The notes under the pieces are model-generated. The model ran no database searches, was not told the origin of the DNA, and saw only the letters and a program-made list of their open reading frames with translations. Positions 32,245-42,618 of a stretch of 56,241 nt of DNA are shown here, in pieces. The stretch is taken from NCBI GenBank assembly GCA_002010665.1, contig MTON01000024.1, forward strand, positions 149,830-206,070, in the 5' to 3' direction. The DNA comes from Candidatus Aminicenantes bacterium JdFR-78. Its GTDB lineage: Bacteria; Acidobacteriota; Aminicenantia; JdFR-78. Made by a program: the position numbers and the translations under genes. The number at the start of each line of letters is the position of its first letter. Within the stretch, counting starts at the first letter, position 1.

Positions 32245-33359
32245 AAATGTTTAGCACAATTATTCATATTGTTCGAAAAGAGTTTATTCAAACTTTCCGT
32301 GATAAAAGAATGTTGATGCCCATTTTTATAGCACCAATAATTCAGTTAATCTTATTTGGATATGCTGTTACAACTGATGTAAAGAATATATCAATTGGTA
32401 TTTTGGATTTTGACCAAACACAGCAAAGTAGAGAGCTCATAACTAAATTTTCAATAACAGAATATTTTAATTTATCTCATCAAGTATTTTCTTATAATGA
32501 TGTAGAATATCTCTTACAGAAAGGAGAAGTTAAATCCTTTATTATTATTCCTCCAGAATTTGGAAAAAATATAAAAAAGATGAAAAAAACATCTTTACAA
32601 GTAATAATAGATGCCACTGATGCCAATTCTGCAAATATTATTATGAGCTATATTTCAAAATTAATAGGAGAATATTCAAAAAAGATTTTAATAAATGTAG
32701 AAAATTGGGAATTTGGTAATATAATTCTTGCACCCAGGATTTGGTATAATCCTGAATTAAAAAGTGCAGTGTATATGGTACCTGGAGTAATATGTTTAAT
32801 TTTACTTATCACCACAATAATTTTAACCTCCTTAGCTATAACAAAAGAGAAAGAAATGGGAACAATTGAACAATTAATTGTGTCTCCTATAAAAACCTGG
32901 GAATTAATTTTAGGGAAAACAATACCTTTCGTTATAATTGGTTTTTGCGACATTATTCTTATTGTTTTAGCCGGAAAATTAGTATTTGATGTTCCAGTCA
33001 GGGGAAGTCTTTTATTTCTTTTTGGAGCTTCTTTTATTTTCATTCTTACTACTTTAAGTATAGGTCTTTTTATCTCTACTATTTCACGAACTCAACAACA
33101 AGCAATGATGACTGCGTTTTTCTTTATTGTTCCAGCAATGCTTCTTTCTGGCATATTCTCTCCTATTGAAAATATGCCCAAAATAATTCAATATATTACC
33201 TATTTCAATCCTCTTAGATATTTTGTCAAATTAGTAAGGGGCATACTTTTAAAGGGCAATAATTTATCTATTTTATGGCCTGAAGTATTAATTTTATCAA
33301 TTTTCGGAATTGTAGCTATTGTACTCAGTTCTTTAAGATTTAGAAAGCATATTGAATAA
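32241..33359 (+). CDS. ABC-2 permease (YbhR-like)
   Basis: [33 protein letters not shown]. Confidence 0.9.
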   Translation: MKMFSTIIHIVRKEFIQTFRDKRMLMPIFIAPIIQLILFGYAVTTDVKNISIGILDFDQTQQSRELITKFSITEYFNLSHQVFSYNDVEYLLQKGEVKSFIIIPPEFGKNIKKMKKTSLQVIIDATDANSANIIMSYISKLIGEYSKKILINVENWEFGNIILAPRIWYNPELKSAVYMVPGVICLILLITTIILTSLAITKEKEMGTIEQLIVSPIKTWELILGKTIPFVIIGFCDIILIVLAGKLVFDVPVRGSLLFLFGASFIFILTTLSIGLFISTISRTQQQAMMTAFFFIVPAMLLSGIFSPIENMPKIIQYITYFNPLRYFVKLVRGILLKGNNLSILWPEVLILSIFGIVAIVLSSLRFRKHIE

Positions 33360-33401
33360 AAATTTTAAAAAATAAAATCTTTTTGACATTGAGAAAAGAA
33401 A

Positions 33402-33429
33402 GTATTATAAATTTATCTGAAAATAACAC
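33402..33429. promoter_or_regulatory. NikR operator overlapping the nikR -10 box
   Basis: GTATTA-N16-TAACAC (E. coli NikR site is GTATGA-N16-TCATAC); promoter TTGACA (33383)-N17-TATAAA. Confidence 0.7.
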
Positions 33430-33442
33430 TAAAGAGGAAAAA

Positions 33443-33859
33443 ATGAGTGAACTTGTAAGATTTGGAATATCCATTGATCATGATTTAATCAAAAAGTTTG
33501 ATGACCTGATCAATAAAATAGGCTATAAAAATAGATCTGAAGCTATTAGAGATTTAATAAGAGAGCGTCTCGTTGAAGAAGAATGGAAAAAAGGAGAAGA
33601 AACAATTGGTATTATCAGCCTTGTTTATAATCATGAAATCAGAGAACTGACAGATAAACTTACAAATATTCAACATAAGTATTATAATTTAATTATTTCC
33701 TCTACTCACATTCATTTGGATGAGCACAACTGTCTTGAAGTTATTGTGGTTAGAGGAAAAAGTGACTTAATAAAAAAAGTGGCAGAACAATTAATCAGCA
33801 CAAAAGGGGTAAAACACGGTAAATTATCAATGACCACGACTGGTAAAGAAATTAAATAA
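33443..33859 (+). CDS. nikR: Nickel-responsive regulator
   Basis: RFGISI ribbon, [23 protein letters not shown]; ATG at 33443 after GAGG (ORF track starts at 33383). Confidence 0.95.
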   Translation: MSELVRFGISIDHDLIKKFDDLINKIGYKNRSEAIRDLIRERLVEEEWKKGEETIGIISLVYNHEIRELTDKLTNIQHKYYNLIISSTHIHLDEHNCLEVIVVRGKSDLIKKVAEQLISTKGVKHGKLSMTTTGKEIK

Positions 33860-33886
33860 AAGAAAAAAATTAAAGGAGAAAAATCG

Positions 33887-34528
33887 ATGAAACGATTTAT
33901 TCATGTTTTAATTATTTTTTTATTATTTACTTTAATTAACTGCAAAACTGTAATTATACCTCCAAAAGTTGATGTTTCTTTAATTGAGAAATTAGCGGTT
34001 TTACCTTTTACAGGCTCTTACACTTATGCTGAAATCGGGAGAAAATTAGCAGATGGAATTGTAATTGAGTTTTCAATGAGACCAATTAATTTTGAAGTTC
34101 TTGATCCTGGAATAGTTGATTCAGCTTTAAGAAATACTGATATCTCGATGTTCATTACTATTGACCCTACGAAAATAGGAGAATATTTGAAAGTCAGCAC
34201 CCTTTTAATGGGAAGAATTGAGGAATTTTTAATTCCTCCTCCAAGAGTAAGTGGTCCATATTTTGATAAAAAAGCACAAAAAAACAGATATAAGATAGAA
34301 CAGGAGTCAGTGCTTTCAGTCACTTTTAGAGTAATAGATGTTAAAACCGGAAATGTTCTATTCGCTAATAGAGAGGTAACGAGTATCTACCAATATGACT
34401 ATTACTATGAAGATGAAGAAGTTCCTGTGCTTGATATGAGTCCTTATGAAATAGAACGGGAACTTATAAGAAGAACTGCTTACAAAATAGCCCGCAATTT
34501 TTACCCTTATAAGAGCTTTACATTTTGA
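33887..34528 (+). CDS. Lipoprotein, CsgG/TolB-N/LpoB-like fold
   Basis: Lipobox LINC, KLAVLPF, FRVIDVKTGNVLF. Confidence 0.6.
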   Translation: MKRFIHVLIIFLLFTLINCKTVIIPPKVDVSLIEKLAVLPFTGSYTYAEIGRKLADGIVIEFSMRPINFEVLDPGIVDSALRNTDISMFITIDPTKIGEYLKVSTLLMGRIEEFLIPPPRVSGPYFDKKAQKNRYKIEQESVLSVTFRVIDVKTGNVLFANREVTSIYQYDYYYEDEEVPVLDMSPYEIERELIRRTAYKIARNFYPYKSFTF

Positions 34529-35606
34529 AAATCACTTTTTCTGCTAAATTATGAAATTTTTTTCTAATATTATTAAAATTAATATCTCTATATTCAGGAT
34601 GAATGCGATTTGTTAGAAATATAAAAATACCCTTTTTCTCAGCATCTATCCAGAGACTTGTTCCTGTAAAACCAGTATGTCCTATTGATTTTCGAGAAAA
34701 ATTATCACCCGCAGATGAAACTCGAGAGCTAGCAAGTTTCCATCCTATTGATCTGTATTCTGTTGAGTATGAAGTATAATTTGTATAAAAGAGGTCTATT
34801 ATCTCTGATTTAAACAAAATACTGTAATCTTTTAAAAATTGAAGAGCTAAGCAATGTAAATCTTCAATATTGGAAAATAAACCTGAATTTCCCGAGATTC
34901 CTCCCATAGAATAGCAATTATGGTCATGAACTTCTCCCCAAATAATGGTTTTACGCCAGCCATTGTAATTTTCTCCTTTGCTTCCGCATCTTTCTTTCTC
35001 ATATTTATTTCCTCTCTCTGTGGGAGCAATTTGATTTCTTATATTCCCTGGGGGGTTAAAATAAGTATTCTTTAATTTTAAAGGGTTAAATAAAAATTCT
35101 TTTGCCAATTCATTTAAACTTTTGCCTGTGATTTTTTCTAAAATATCTCCAAGTAAAATATAACCGATACAACTATAAATTACTTTCTTTCCAGGTTTTG
35201 CTTCAAGCAATAATTTATTTAAAATAAAATCTATCATTTCTTTTTTATTCTTTCCTTCAAGATATAAAGGATACCATGCTGGAAAACCCCCTTGATGTGT
35301 AAGCAGTTCAATAATCTTAATTGATTTCTTTTCTTCAGGAATAGATGAGTAAAATTTACCCAATTTGTAATCAAATTTTAAAATTCTATTTTGAAAAAAT
35401 AATCCATAAAGAGATCCTATAATTAGGGGTTTAGTCAAAGATGCAATGTCATATATTGTATTTATAGTCGCCTTAATCTTTACCGGCTCTATAACAGAAA
35501 AACCAATACAATTTTTCTTAAGAACTCTCTCACCTTTTGCAATAAGATAACAGGCACCTGGGAAGTTACCTGCTTTAATTTGAGAAGACAGGAATTCATC
35601 AATCAT
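34518..35606 (-). CDS. Serine hydrolase, beta-lactamase/class C-like family
   Basis: ASLTK (SxxK), LLTH, YSC, GHTGFTGT. Confidence 0.88.
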   Translation of the reverse strand: MIDEFLSSQIKAGNFPGACYLIAKGERVLKKNCIGFSVIEPVKIKATINTIYDIASLTKPLIIGSLYGLFFQNRILKFDYKLGKFYSSIPEEKKSIKIIELLTHQGGFPAWYPLYLEGKNKKEMIDFILNKLLLEAKPGKKVIYSCIGYILLGDILEKITGKSLNELAKEFLFNPLKLKNTYFNPPGNIRNQIAPTERGNKYEKERCGSKGENYNGWRKTIIWGEVHDHNCYSMGGISGNSGLFSNIEDLHCLALQFLKDYSILFKSEIIDLFYTNYTSYSTEYRSIGWKLASSRVSSAGDNFSRKSIGHTGFTGTSLWIDAEKKGIFIFLTNRIHPEYRDINFNNIRKKFHNLAEKVIFKM

Positions 35607-35609
35607 TAA

Positions 35610-36533
35610 TTATTTTTCTGCCCGAGCTTCTTTTAAAACTTGATATGCTAATTTTAAAGCTGTAAGTCCTTCTTCACCTGTTACTTTTATTTTCTTTTTC
35701 CCCATAACACCCTGAAGGAAATTATCTAATTCTTTTTTTAAAGGCTCTTCTTTTTTTATCTTTAAGGTCTGTGTATTGATTTTTTCTCCATCAAGCGAGA
35801 AAACTTTTACTTCCTGATCTATATAATCAACAGAAAAATAAACATTCGGTTGGAAAACTCTTAATTTTCTTATTTTTCCATGATGAACTCGGCTTGCTGT
35901 CACATTTGCCACACATCCTGAATTAAATTCTAAACGAGCATTTGCAATATCGATTTTATCTGTTAAAACATGTGTTCCTGTTGCTTTAATAACTTTGACC
36001 TCATCCTTTACCAAAGCTAATATTATATCCAAATCATGAATCATTAAATCGAGTATGACATCAATATCCAAAGAACGGGCAGAAAAGGAACCAAGCCTTT
36101 GTACTTCTATGAATTTTGGTTCAGTTACTATTTTTTCCAATTCTTCCACTGCAGGATTAAATCTTTCGAGATGCCCAACCTGAAGAATTATATTTTTTTC
36201 TTTTGCAATTTGAACTAATTTTTCTCCTTGTTCAACAGTTTCTGTTATTGGTTTTTCAACAAGAACAGCTTTCCCATGTTCGATTAAGTCTTTTGCTATT
36301 GAATAATGCTCTGATGTAGGGGTTGCAACAACTGCAGCATCTATTAAATCAATAACCTCTCTATAATCCATGAAGTACTTTACTCCATGTCTGTTACCAA
36401 TTTGCATCGCCTTATCATAATCAATATCCACAACCCCAACTAATTCAGCATTTTCGAGATAAGAAAGTATTCTTGTATGCTGAGTTCCAAGATATCCAAC
36501 TCCAATAACCGCTATTTTTACTCTATCTCTCAA
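35610..36533 (-). CDS. Gfo/Idh/MocA oxidoreductase (GnnA-like)
   Basis: GVGYLG, VEKP, GHLERFNP, DLMIHD; directly downstream of lpxA-lpxI. Confidence 0.8.
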   Translation of the reverse strand: MRDRVKIAVIGVGYLGTQHTRILSYLENAELVGVVDIDYDKAMQIGNRHGVKYFMDYREVIDLIDAAVVATPTSEHYSIAKDLIEHGKAVLVEKPITETVEQGEKLVQIAKEKNIILQVGHLERFNPAVEELEKIVTEPKFIEVQRLGSFSARSLDIDVILDLMIHDLDIILALVKDEVKVIKATGTHVLTDKIDIANARLEFNSGCVANVTASRVHHGKIRKLRVFQPNVYFSVDYIDQEVKVFSLDGEKINTQTLKIKKEEPLKKELDNFLQGVMGKKKIKVTGEEGLTALKLAYQVLKEARAEK

Positions 36534-37366
36534 ACTTTTTCTCCTAATAAGATCGATTTCTGTTTAAGAGCAATAACACAAATATCATTATTATTTGCAT
36601 ATGAAATAACTTTATCCTGATCAAGGAAAATGGTTTTTTCTGCCTCAATACAGAGACACTTTCCCTTTACACTTGCAATCTTTTCAACAGTGGAAAAACC
36701 AACTACTGGCACATCAAATCTCATGTCCTGATATGGCCTCCCAACCTTTACAACCACAATTCCCTTTCCTGCCAATTTTCCTGCTCTGATAATTGTTTCA
36801 TCAGTTCCTTCCATTCCCTCAACTGCAATCACTGCTTTTTCTTTTACAACCACTGTTTGACCAATATCTAAGGATGCTATTCTTTTCGCTATCCTCCATC
36901 CGAACTTAATGTCTTCTAATATTTTTTTAGAGGGCATGTCGTTTGTAAAAACTCTTTCCTCTGGAAAATAATCTTTCAAAAGTAATTTAATATTCTTAAT
37001 TTTAAAATTAAATTTCATTAAATAATTTTTTAATAACAAAAAAAGTGAATAAGGTTTTTTATCACTCAGTTCATTTATCAAACTGAGCACTATTCGGTTT
37101 TTATTCTGTAATCTATCAATCAAGGAATAATTTATTTTACCAGTTAGAATTAAATCTCTTATTTTGTTTTTCTTTAAAAAATCAATTAAATTTAAAAATT
37201 CTTCAGGTTCAAACCAGATAAATTCATCAGAAATAGCCTCTAATTTCGAATCTGTATAATTTCTTATTCCAGCAACAACTGTAAAAAAACCCCTCTTTTT
37301 AGCTTCATTAATCACAATTTCGGTTATCCTTCCTTTTCCTGCTATTATACCAATTCTATATCCCAT
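36530..37366 (-). CDS. lpxI: UDP-2,3-diacylglucosamine diphosphatase
   Basis: GIIAGKG, DIGQTVVV, AVEGMEGTD, QDMRFDVP. Confidence 0.9.
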   Translation of the reverse strand: MGYRIGIIAGKGRITEIVINEAKKRGFFTVVAGIRNYTDSKLEAISDEFIWFEPEEFLNLIDFLKKNKIRDLILTGKINYSLIDRLQNKNRIVLSLINELSDKKPYSLFLLLKNYLMKFNFKIKNIKLLLKDYFPEERVFTNDMPSKKILEDIKFGWRIAKRIASLDIGQTVVVKEKAVIAVEGMEGTDETIIRAGKLAGKGIVVVKVGRPYQDMRFDVPVVGFSTVEKIASVKGKCLCIEAEKTIFLDQDKVISYANNNDICVIALKQKSILLGEKV

Positions 37367-38166
37367 GCATCAGCCCTCTTTTTGATAATACCTCTCTTTG
37401 AAGTTCTAATAAAATTTATGATTTCTTCTATTTCTGGAATAGGATCAAATTCCTCCTGAATTTTTTTCAGAGCCTGAGAAGTATTCATATCTGACCAGAA
37501 AATTATTTTGAAGACATTTTTCAAAATTTTTATCTTCTCATTTGGAAATCCCCTTCTCCTCAAACCTATTACATTCACGCCAAAAATTAGTGGGGGTCTA
37601 CCACCTGCAACTCTTGCAAAAGGAATAACATCCTGAGTTATTATAGAATAACCTCCGATAAAAGCATATTTCCCTACTCGGCAAAATTGATGGACACCAC
37701 TGAAAGCTCCTATAGTTGCAAAATCATCTACTTTTACATGACCTCCAAGAGTAGCACCATTTATGAAAATTGTATCATTTCCGACTTTACAATCATGGGC
37801 TATATGTGTATAAGCCATAAAATAATTATTATTTCCAATTAATGTTATTCCACCTCCTTTGACAGTTCCTCTATGAACAGTAATAAATTCTCGAAAGACA
37901 TTGTTATTACCTATTTTTACCCCGGTTTCTTCACCTTTATATGTTAAATCCTGAGGTTCTGTTCCAATTGACGAATAGGGGGAGAAATAACAGTTTTCCC
38001 CTATTTCAGTATTACCCGTAATATAAACACTGGCGGCTATCTTCGTCCCCTTCCCTATTCTTACATTTTTATCTATTATGCAAAAGGGTCCTATTTCTAC
38101 TCCAACATCGAGCTCAGCATGTGGGTGAACATACGCTCTCTCGTCAATAAAAACTTCATTTCTCAT
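37345..38166 (-). CDS. lpxA: Acyl-ACP--UDP-N-acetylglucosamine O-acyltransferase
   Basis: Hexapeptide repeats, PQDLTYKGE, HIAHDC, VHQFCRVG. Confidence 0.95.
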   Translation of the reverse strand: MRNEVFIDERAYVHPHAELDVGVEIGPFCIIDKNVRIGKGTKIAASVYITGNTEIGENCYFSPYSSIGTEPQDLTYKGEETGVKIGNNNVFREFITVHRGTVKGGGITLIGNNNYFMAYTHIAHDCKVGNDTIFINGATLGGHVKVDDFATIGAFSGVHQFCRVGKYAFIGGYSIITQDVIPFARVAGGRPPLIFGVNVIGLRRRGFPNEKIKILKNVFKIIFWSDMNTSQALKKIQEEFDPIPEIEEIINFIRTSKRGIIKKRADAWDIELV

Positions 38167-38599
38167 CTTTTTCTAAATCAACCAGAGCAGCTAAGATCTC
38201 AGCTTCTGCAACAAGATTATTTTCTACAAAAGCCTTTCCGCCAATTCTACAAAATCTTTCCTTTAAATTTAACAATGTTAATTCCATTTTCAATTGATCT
38301 CCTGGAACAACTGGCCTTCTAAATCTTGCTTTTTCAATACCAGTTAAATAAATCAACTTCTTTTCCCTTTCTGGGATGGAGCCTATTAACAGCAAAGCAC
38401 CAGTCTGTGCCATTGCTTCAAGAATTAATACTCCAGGCATTACAGGTTTTTTGGGAAAATGTCCTTGGAAAAACTGCTCATTGATTGTGACATTTTTAAT
38501 ACCCACTATCCTTTTTCCCTCTTCAATTTCGATTATTTTATCCACCAATAGAAAAGGATATCGATGAGGAAGGAGACCAAGAATTTTTTCAATATCCAT
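38156..38599 (-). CDS. fabZ: 3-hydroxyacyl-ACP dehydratase
   Basis: LPHRYPFLLVD, FQGHFP, PGVLILEAMAQ. Confidence 0.97.
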   Translation of the reverse strand: MDIEKILGLLPHRYPFLLVDKIIEIEEGKRIVGIKNVTINEQFFQGHFPKKPVMPGVLILEAMAQTGALLLIGSIPEREKKLIYLTGIEKARFRRPVVPGDQLKMELTLLNLKERFCRIGGKAFVENNLVAEAEILAALVDLEKDEK

Positions 38600-38600
38600 C

Positions 38601-39146
38601 TTACTTTTTAGTAGATTTTTGTTTGGTATATTTTTGATTATATCTTCTTATTACCTCATCCGTAATATCAACAGCTGGGTCCCAATAAATTGCACCAGCA
38701 TCTGCAAGGTCCACAATTAAAGTGTAGCCCTTTTCCTTTCCAATTTGCTGAATAATTGGTAATATTTCATTTCTCATTTTTGTGAACAATCTGGCTCTAA
38801 GAGAGGCTATTTCTCTTTGTGAATCTTCCCAAAATCTCTGCCTTTCAGTTCTTTTTCTCTGTAATTCATCTCCAAGCCTAGTAAGAGTATCTGGGTCAAG
38901 AGCAACTCTCTGTGTTGCAATTTTATTCTCAAGTTGCTGAATCTCTTTGTCCATTTTGTCCAGCTTGTTCTGCATTTCCTTAGTTTTTTTATCAAGTTGA
39001 GCAAGAACCTCTTTTCCTCGATTTGAATTAAAAAGAATTTTTTGAGAATCAACTACACCTATTTTTACTATTTGTTGTGCATTAAGAAATGAAAAAGAGA
39101 GGATGAGGATTCCTAAAATTAGTAAAATCTTCCCTTTTACTTTCAT
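38601..39146 (-). CDS. skp: OmpH/Skp periplasmic chaperone
   Basis: Signal peptide, KIGVVD, coiled coil, DITDEVI; position after bamA. Confidence 0.9.
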   Translation of the reverse strand: MKVKGKILLILGILILSFSFLNAQQIVKIGVVDSQKILFNSNRGKEVLAQLDKKTKEMQNKLDKMDKEIQQLENKIATQRVALDPDTLTRLGDELQRKRTERQRFWEDSQREIASLRARLFTKMRNEILPIIQQIGKEKGYTLIVDLADAGAIYWDPAVDITDEVIRRYNQKYTKQKSTKK

Positions 39147-39158
39147 ACTCGTACCTCC

Positions 39159-41465
39159 TTAAAAAGTTGTGCCAACACCAAACCTGACTGCAAAATGGGA
39201 GTCTGTTGGTCTTACAGTTCTTGGATTATATGCAAAAATTAATCTAAAAGGGATTCTTAAAGCTGGCACAAAAATTCTTGCCTCAAGTCCCATAGAAGAA
39301 TAAACATTTGAAAGACTTATTTTCTCATCAATCCCATAAGCATTTCCCATATCATAAAAAAGTATTAATTGAAGGGGTCCGCCTACAGGAATTTTATATT
39401 CTGCATTAAAAACAAATGTTTTATTTCCTCCAATGTTTGCTCCTCTTTCATTTCTTGGTCCAATTGAATAAATTTCAAATCCTCTAATTGATCTTTCTCC
39501 TCCAAGGTAAAATTTTTCCCAAAAGGGAAGTACCTGACCCTCTAATGGTTTCACATATTGTAATTCTATGTGGAAACCAATAACGTGTTTCCTTAATGGT
39601 TTATACCATGTCCACTCCACACGAGGATTTATCAGACTTATGTCTCCTCCCAGAAAAGTTCCCCCTAATCTTGCAGATACCAAATAAAGCGTTCCTCTTG
39701 TTGGATTAAGTGGACTATCCACAGTTGAACGATAAATGGTCCATGTCAAACTGCTAACTGTTCTCTCTGCAAGGGCATAATACGCATAATATGGATCATA
39801 AAACCATGGCAAATTTTCATTTATGTCACTTACTTTCACGCGTTCATAACCATAGGATATGTTTGTTCTCCAGAAACTCTTAATTCTTGCACCACATATA
39901 AAGCTGAATCCTTTACTTTTTCTATTATAAAGGAATGGAAGGTTAATCCATCTATCATAAATACTTCCACCAAGAGAAATTGGATAATCAAGAAAATAGG
40001 GCTCTGTAAAACTGAATGAATAATTCTTTGTTCTTCCCCCTGTTAAAAGCATGATTTCAAAGGACTCACCTGTTCCTAAGAAATTAACAGTAGAATAAGA
40101 TAAAGAGACAAATGTCCCCTCATAACCACTGTATCCTGCTGAAAACTGAATATTTTGTCTCTGTAATTCTTTTACATATACTGTAACATCTATTTTGGTG
40201 TAATCTTTAGGATCAGGCTTTACGTCAGGCATTTTTTCAATTTCAACAAGTCCAAGCTGTTTCATTCTCATTAGAGAGTTTTCAAATAAAAGAGTACTGA
40301 ATCTATCCCCTTCTCTAAGTAAGAATTCTCTTCTTAAAACTTTATCCTTTGTGTAGTTATTTCCCTTGAACTCTAATTTTCCAAGATAACAGATTTCATT
40401 TTCTCTTATTGCAAGTGTTAAATCAACTATTCTATCCTTTGGATTCAAATTTTCTATTGGGAAAATTTGGAAATAAAAATATCCCTGATATAAGTAAACT
40501 TTTCTAATTTCATCAATCCCATCCTCTATGGCTTTTGTGCTATAGAAATCTCCTTCCTTCAATTTAATAAATTTCCTAAGAATTTTTGAAGGTAAAGCCT
40601 TATTCCCCTCAAATTTAATTTTTCCAAGTCTGTACCGCGGTCCTCTTTTAATTGGGATTATGATTTTAACCATTTTTTGTTTTTTAAGATAAAAAGTTCT
40701 TTTTTCAACTTCTACAATTTTAGGCTCTCCTACTTCAGCTTCCATATATCCAAGTTCCTTTAATTTTTTCTTAATATTTTCGAGATCCTTCTCAAGTTTA
40801 GCTCTTGAAAAGACATCCTTTTTCATTACCCAATAAAGTGGAGTATGAGGTTTTATTTCTTTCATAGCCCATATTAATTCGCTGGGACGTATTCCTTTAA
40901 GCCCTTCAAATTCAATACTCGCAACTCTTACTTTCGGTCCCTCATCAATTATAAAATTAACTTCAACCTCGTTTTTCCCTATTTTTTTTGTCTCCACTTT
41001 CACTTTACCATAAGGGAGACCTTTTTCTATTAATAGATCTTTAATCACTTTCTCAACTTTTTTAATTTTTACAGGATTATAATAGGAATAAGGAAGTAGA
41101 GAGACGTCCTCTTCTTTTAATTTATCAATTATTTCATCTTCCTTTACCTTTTTCCCACCCTTATAATTAACAGCTTTAATGATTGGATTTTCCTTTACTA
41201 TGATTTTTATTATTTTCCCATTCGCACCATCTTCCTCTTCCATTTTTAGATAGGAGAAGAATCCTGTAGACCATAGAATTCTAAAGTCTTGCCTTAATTG
41301 GGAAGGATCAAAATAATCCCCTTCTTTTACAGTAAGATAATATAAAATTGTCTCGGAGGATACTCTGTCATTCCCTATAATTTCTATTTTTTCAATTTTT
41401 TCCTGAGAAAAAGTGAATCCTGAAAATATTAAAAGTATAGTTACTAAAAATATGTACTTTTTCAT
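39159..41465 (-). CDS. bamA: Outer-membrane protein assembly factor
   Basis: POTRA repeats, FYLGGERSIRGF, C-terminal Phe. Start moved to the ATG at 41465, which gives a signal peptide (ORF track starts at 41531). Confidence 0.95.
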   Translation of the reverse strand: MKKYIFLVTILLIFSGFTFSQEKIEKIEIIGNDRVSSETILYYLTVKEGDYFDPSQLRQDFRILWSTGFFSYLKMEEEDGANGKIIKIIVKENPIIKAVNYKGGKKVKEDEIIDKLKEEDVSLLPYSYYNPVKIKKVEKVIKDLLIEKGLPYGKVKVETKKIGKNEVEVNFIIDEGPKVRVASIEFEGLKGIRPSELIWAMKEIKPHTPLYWVMKKDVFSRAKLEKDLENIKKKLKELGYMEAEVGEPKIVEVEKRTFYLKKQKMVKIIIPIKRGPRYRLGKIKFEGNKALPSKILRKFIKLKEGDFYSTKAIEDGIDEIRKVYLYQGYFYFQIFPIENLNPKDRIVDLTLAIRENEICYLGKLEFKGNNYTKDKVLRREFLLREGDRFSTLLFENSLMRMKQLGLVEIEKMPDVKPDPKDYTKIDVTVYVKELQRQNIQFSAGYSGYEGTFVSLSYSTVNFLGTGESFEIMLLTGGRTKNYSFSFTEPYFLDYPISLGGSIYDRWINLPFLYNRKSKGFSFICGARIKSFWRTNISYGYERVKVSDINENLPWFYDPYYAYYALAERTVSSLTWTIYRSTVDSPLNPTRGTLYLVSARLGGTFLGGDISLINPRVEWTWYKPLRKHVIGFHIELQYVKPLEGQVLPFWEKFYLGGERSIRGFEIYSIGPRNERGANIGGNKTFVFNAEYKIPVGGPLQLILFYDMGNAYGIDEKISLSNVYSSMGLEARIFVPALRIPFRLIFAYNPRTVRPTDSHFAVRFGVGTTF

Positions 41466-41634
41466 AGTTTTTTTATAACATAGTAAATTCATTTTTTCAA
41501 ATATAATCCTTCCCCAAATAACTTTTCGCATCTTGACTAATTCCAGTAAATCTGCTACCGTTAAATTCAGTCAGCGACTTTTAATTATTCTATTATATAT
41601 CCTTCTGTCTGGATCATGAATAAGGAGGCTTATA

Positions 41635-42591
41635 ATGAAGTTAAAGAAATTTTATGAGAAGGCAGTGGAAATAGGAATTAAAAATGATTTAAGGCCAAAA
41701 GAAGAAATTCAAAAACTACTCAATGATGAAAAATCCAAATTTGAAAAACTACCCAATGAAGAGAGGGAATTTTTTGACAGGGATAGACTTTTCAATCCTT
41801 ACGCAGACACTCGAATTTTAAACGGTGATCCTGAAACCGAGGTACGGAGAATTATTGTTGGCATAGACATGGAAATCGGTGAAATTCTTCTTACTTATCT
41901 TCTTAATCAAAGGGAAGAAAATAAAATAGACCTTATAATTTCCCATCATCCAGAAGGCACAGCTCTTGCTCAATTATATCAAGTTATGAAACTTCAATCA
42001 GATATTTTGGCTAGATTTGGGGTCACATTGAGTGTTGCTGAGCAATTAATGGAAAAAAGAATTAATGAAGTTGAACGCCGACTCCTTTCCCTGAACCATA
42101 TCCGACATACAGAAGTAGCCCGTCTCCTTGGCATTCCAATGATGTGTATCCATACTCCTGCTGATAATTGTGTTACCAGTTATTTGAATAAACTTTTTGA
42201 AAAAGAAAAACCCTATCGTTTGAAAGACCTGCTCGAAATACTTAAAAATATACCTGAATATCGAATTTTTCAAAAGTACCAGATTTTTCCAAAAATAGTT
42301 AATGGCTCTGAAAACAATAAATGTGGAAAAATATATGTTGATATGACAGGAGGAACAGAGGGATCAAAGGAAATCTTCGATCAACTTGCAACTAGCGGAA
42401 TAAGCACGCTTGTAGGAATGCATTATAGTGAAGAACATATAAAACAAGCAAAAAAAGCCAATGTGAATGTTATTATTGCAGGTCATATTCCAAGTGATGT
42501 TCTGGGACTTAATTTACTTTTTGATGAAATAGAAAAGGAAGAATCTCTTGAATTTGTAGAAATTTCAGGTTTCAAACGAATTCGCCACTAA
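41635..42591 (+). CDS. NIF3-like (NGG1p-interacting factor) metal-binding protein
   Basis: VGIDME, ISHHPEG, HTPADN, GMH, AGHIPSD; SD AAGGAGG. Confidence 0.75.
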   Translation: MKLKKFYEKAVEIGIKNDLRPKEEIQKLLNDEKSKFEKLPNEEREFFDRDRLFNPYADTRILNGDPETEVRRIIVGIDMEIGEILLTYLLNQREENKIDLIISHHPEGTALAQLYQVMKLQSDILARFGVTLSVAEQLMEKRINEVERRLLSLNHIRHTEVARLLGIPMMCIHTPADNCVTSYLNKLFEKEKPYRLKDLLEILKNIPEYRIFQKYQIFPKIVNGSENNKCGKIYVDMTGGTEGSKEIFDQLATSGISTLVGMHYSEEHIKQAKKANVNVIIAGHIPSDVLGLNLLFDEIEKEESLEFVEISGFKRIRH

Positions 42592-42618
42592 TGAATTATT
42601 GAGAAATAGACCTAAATA

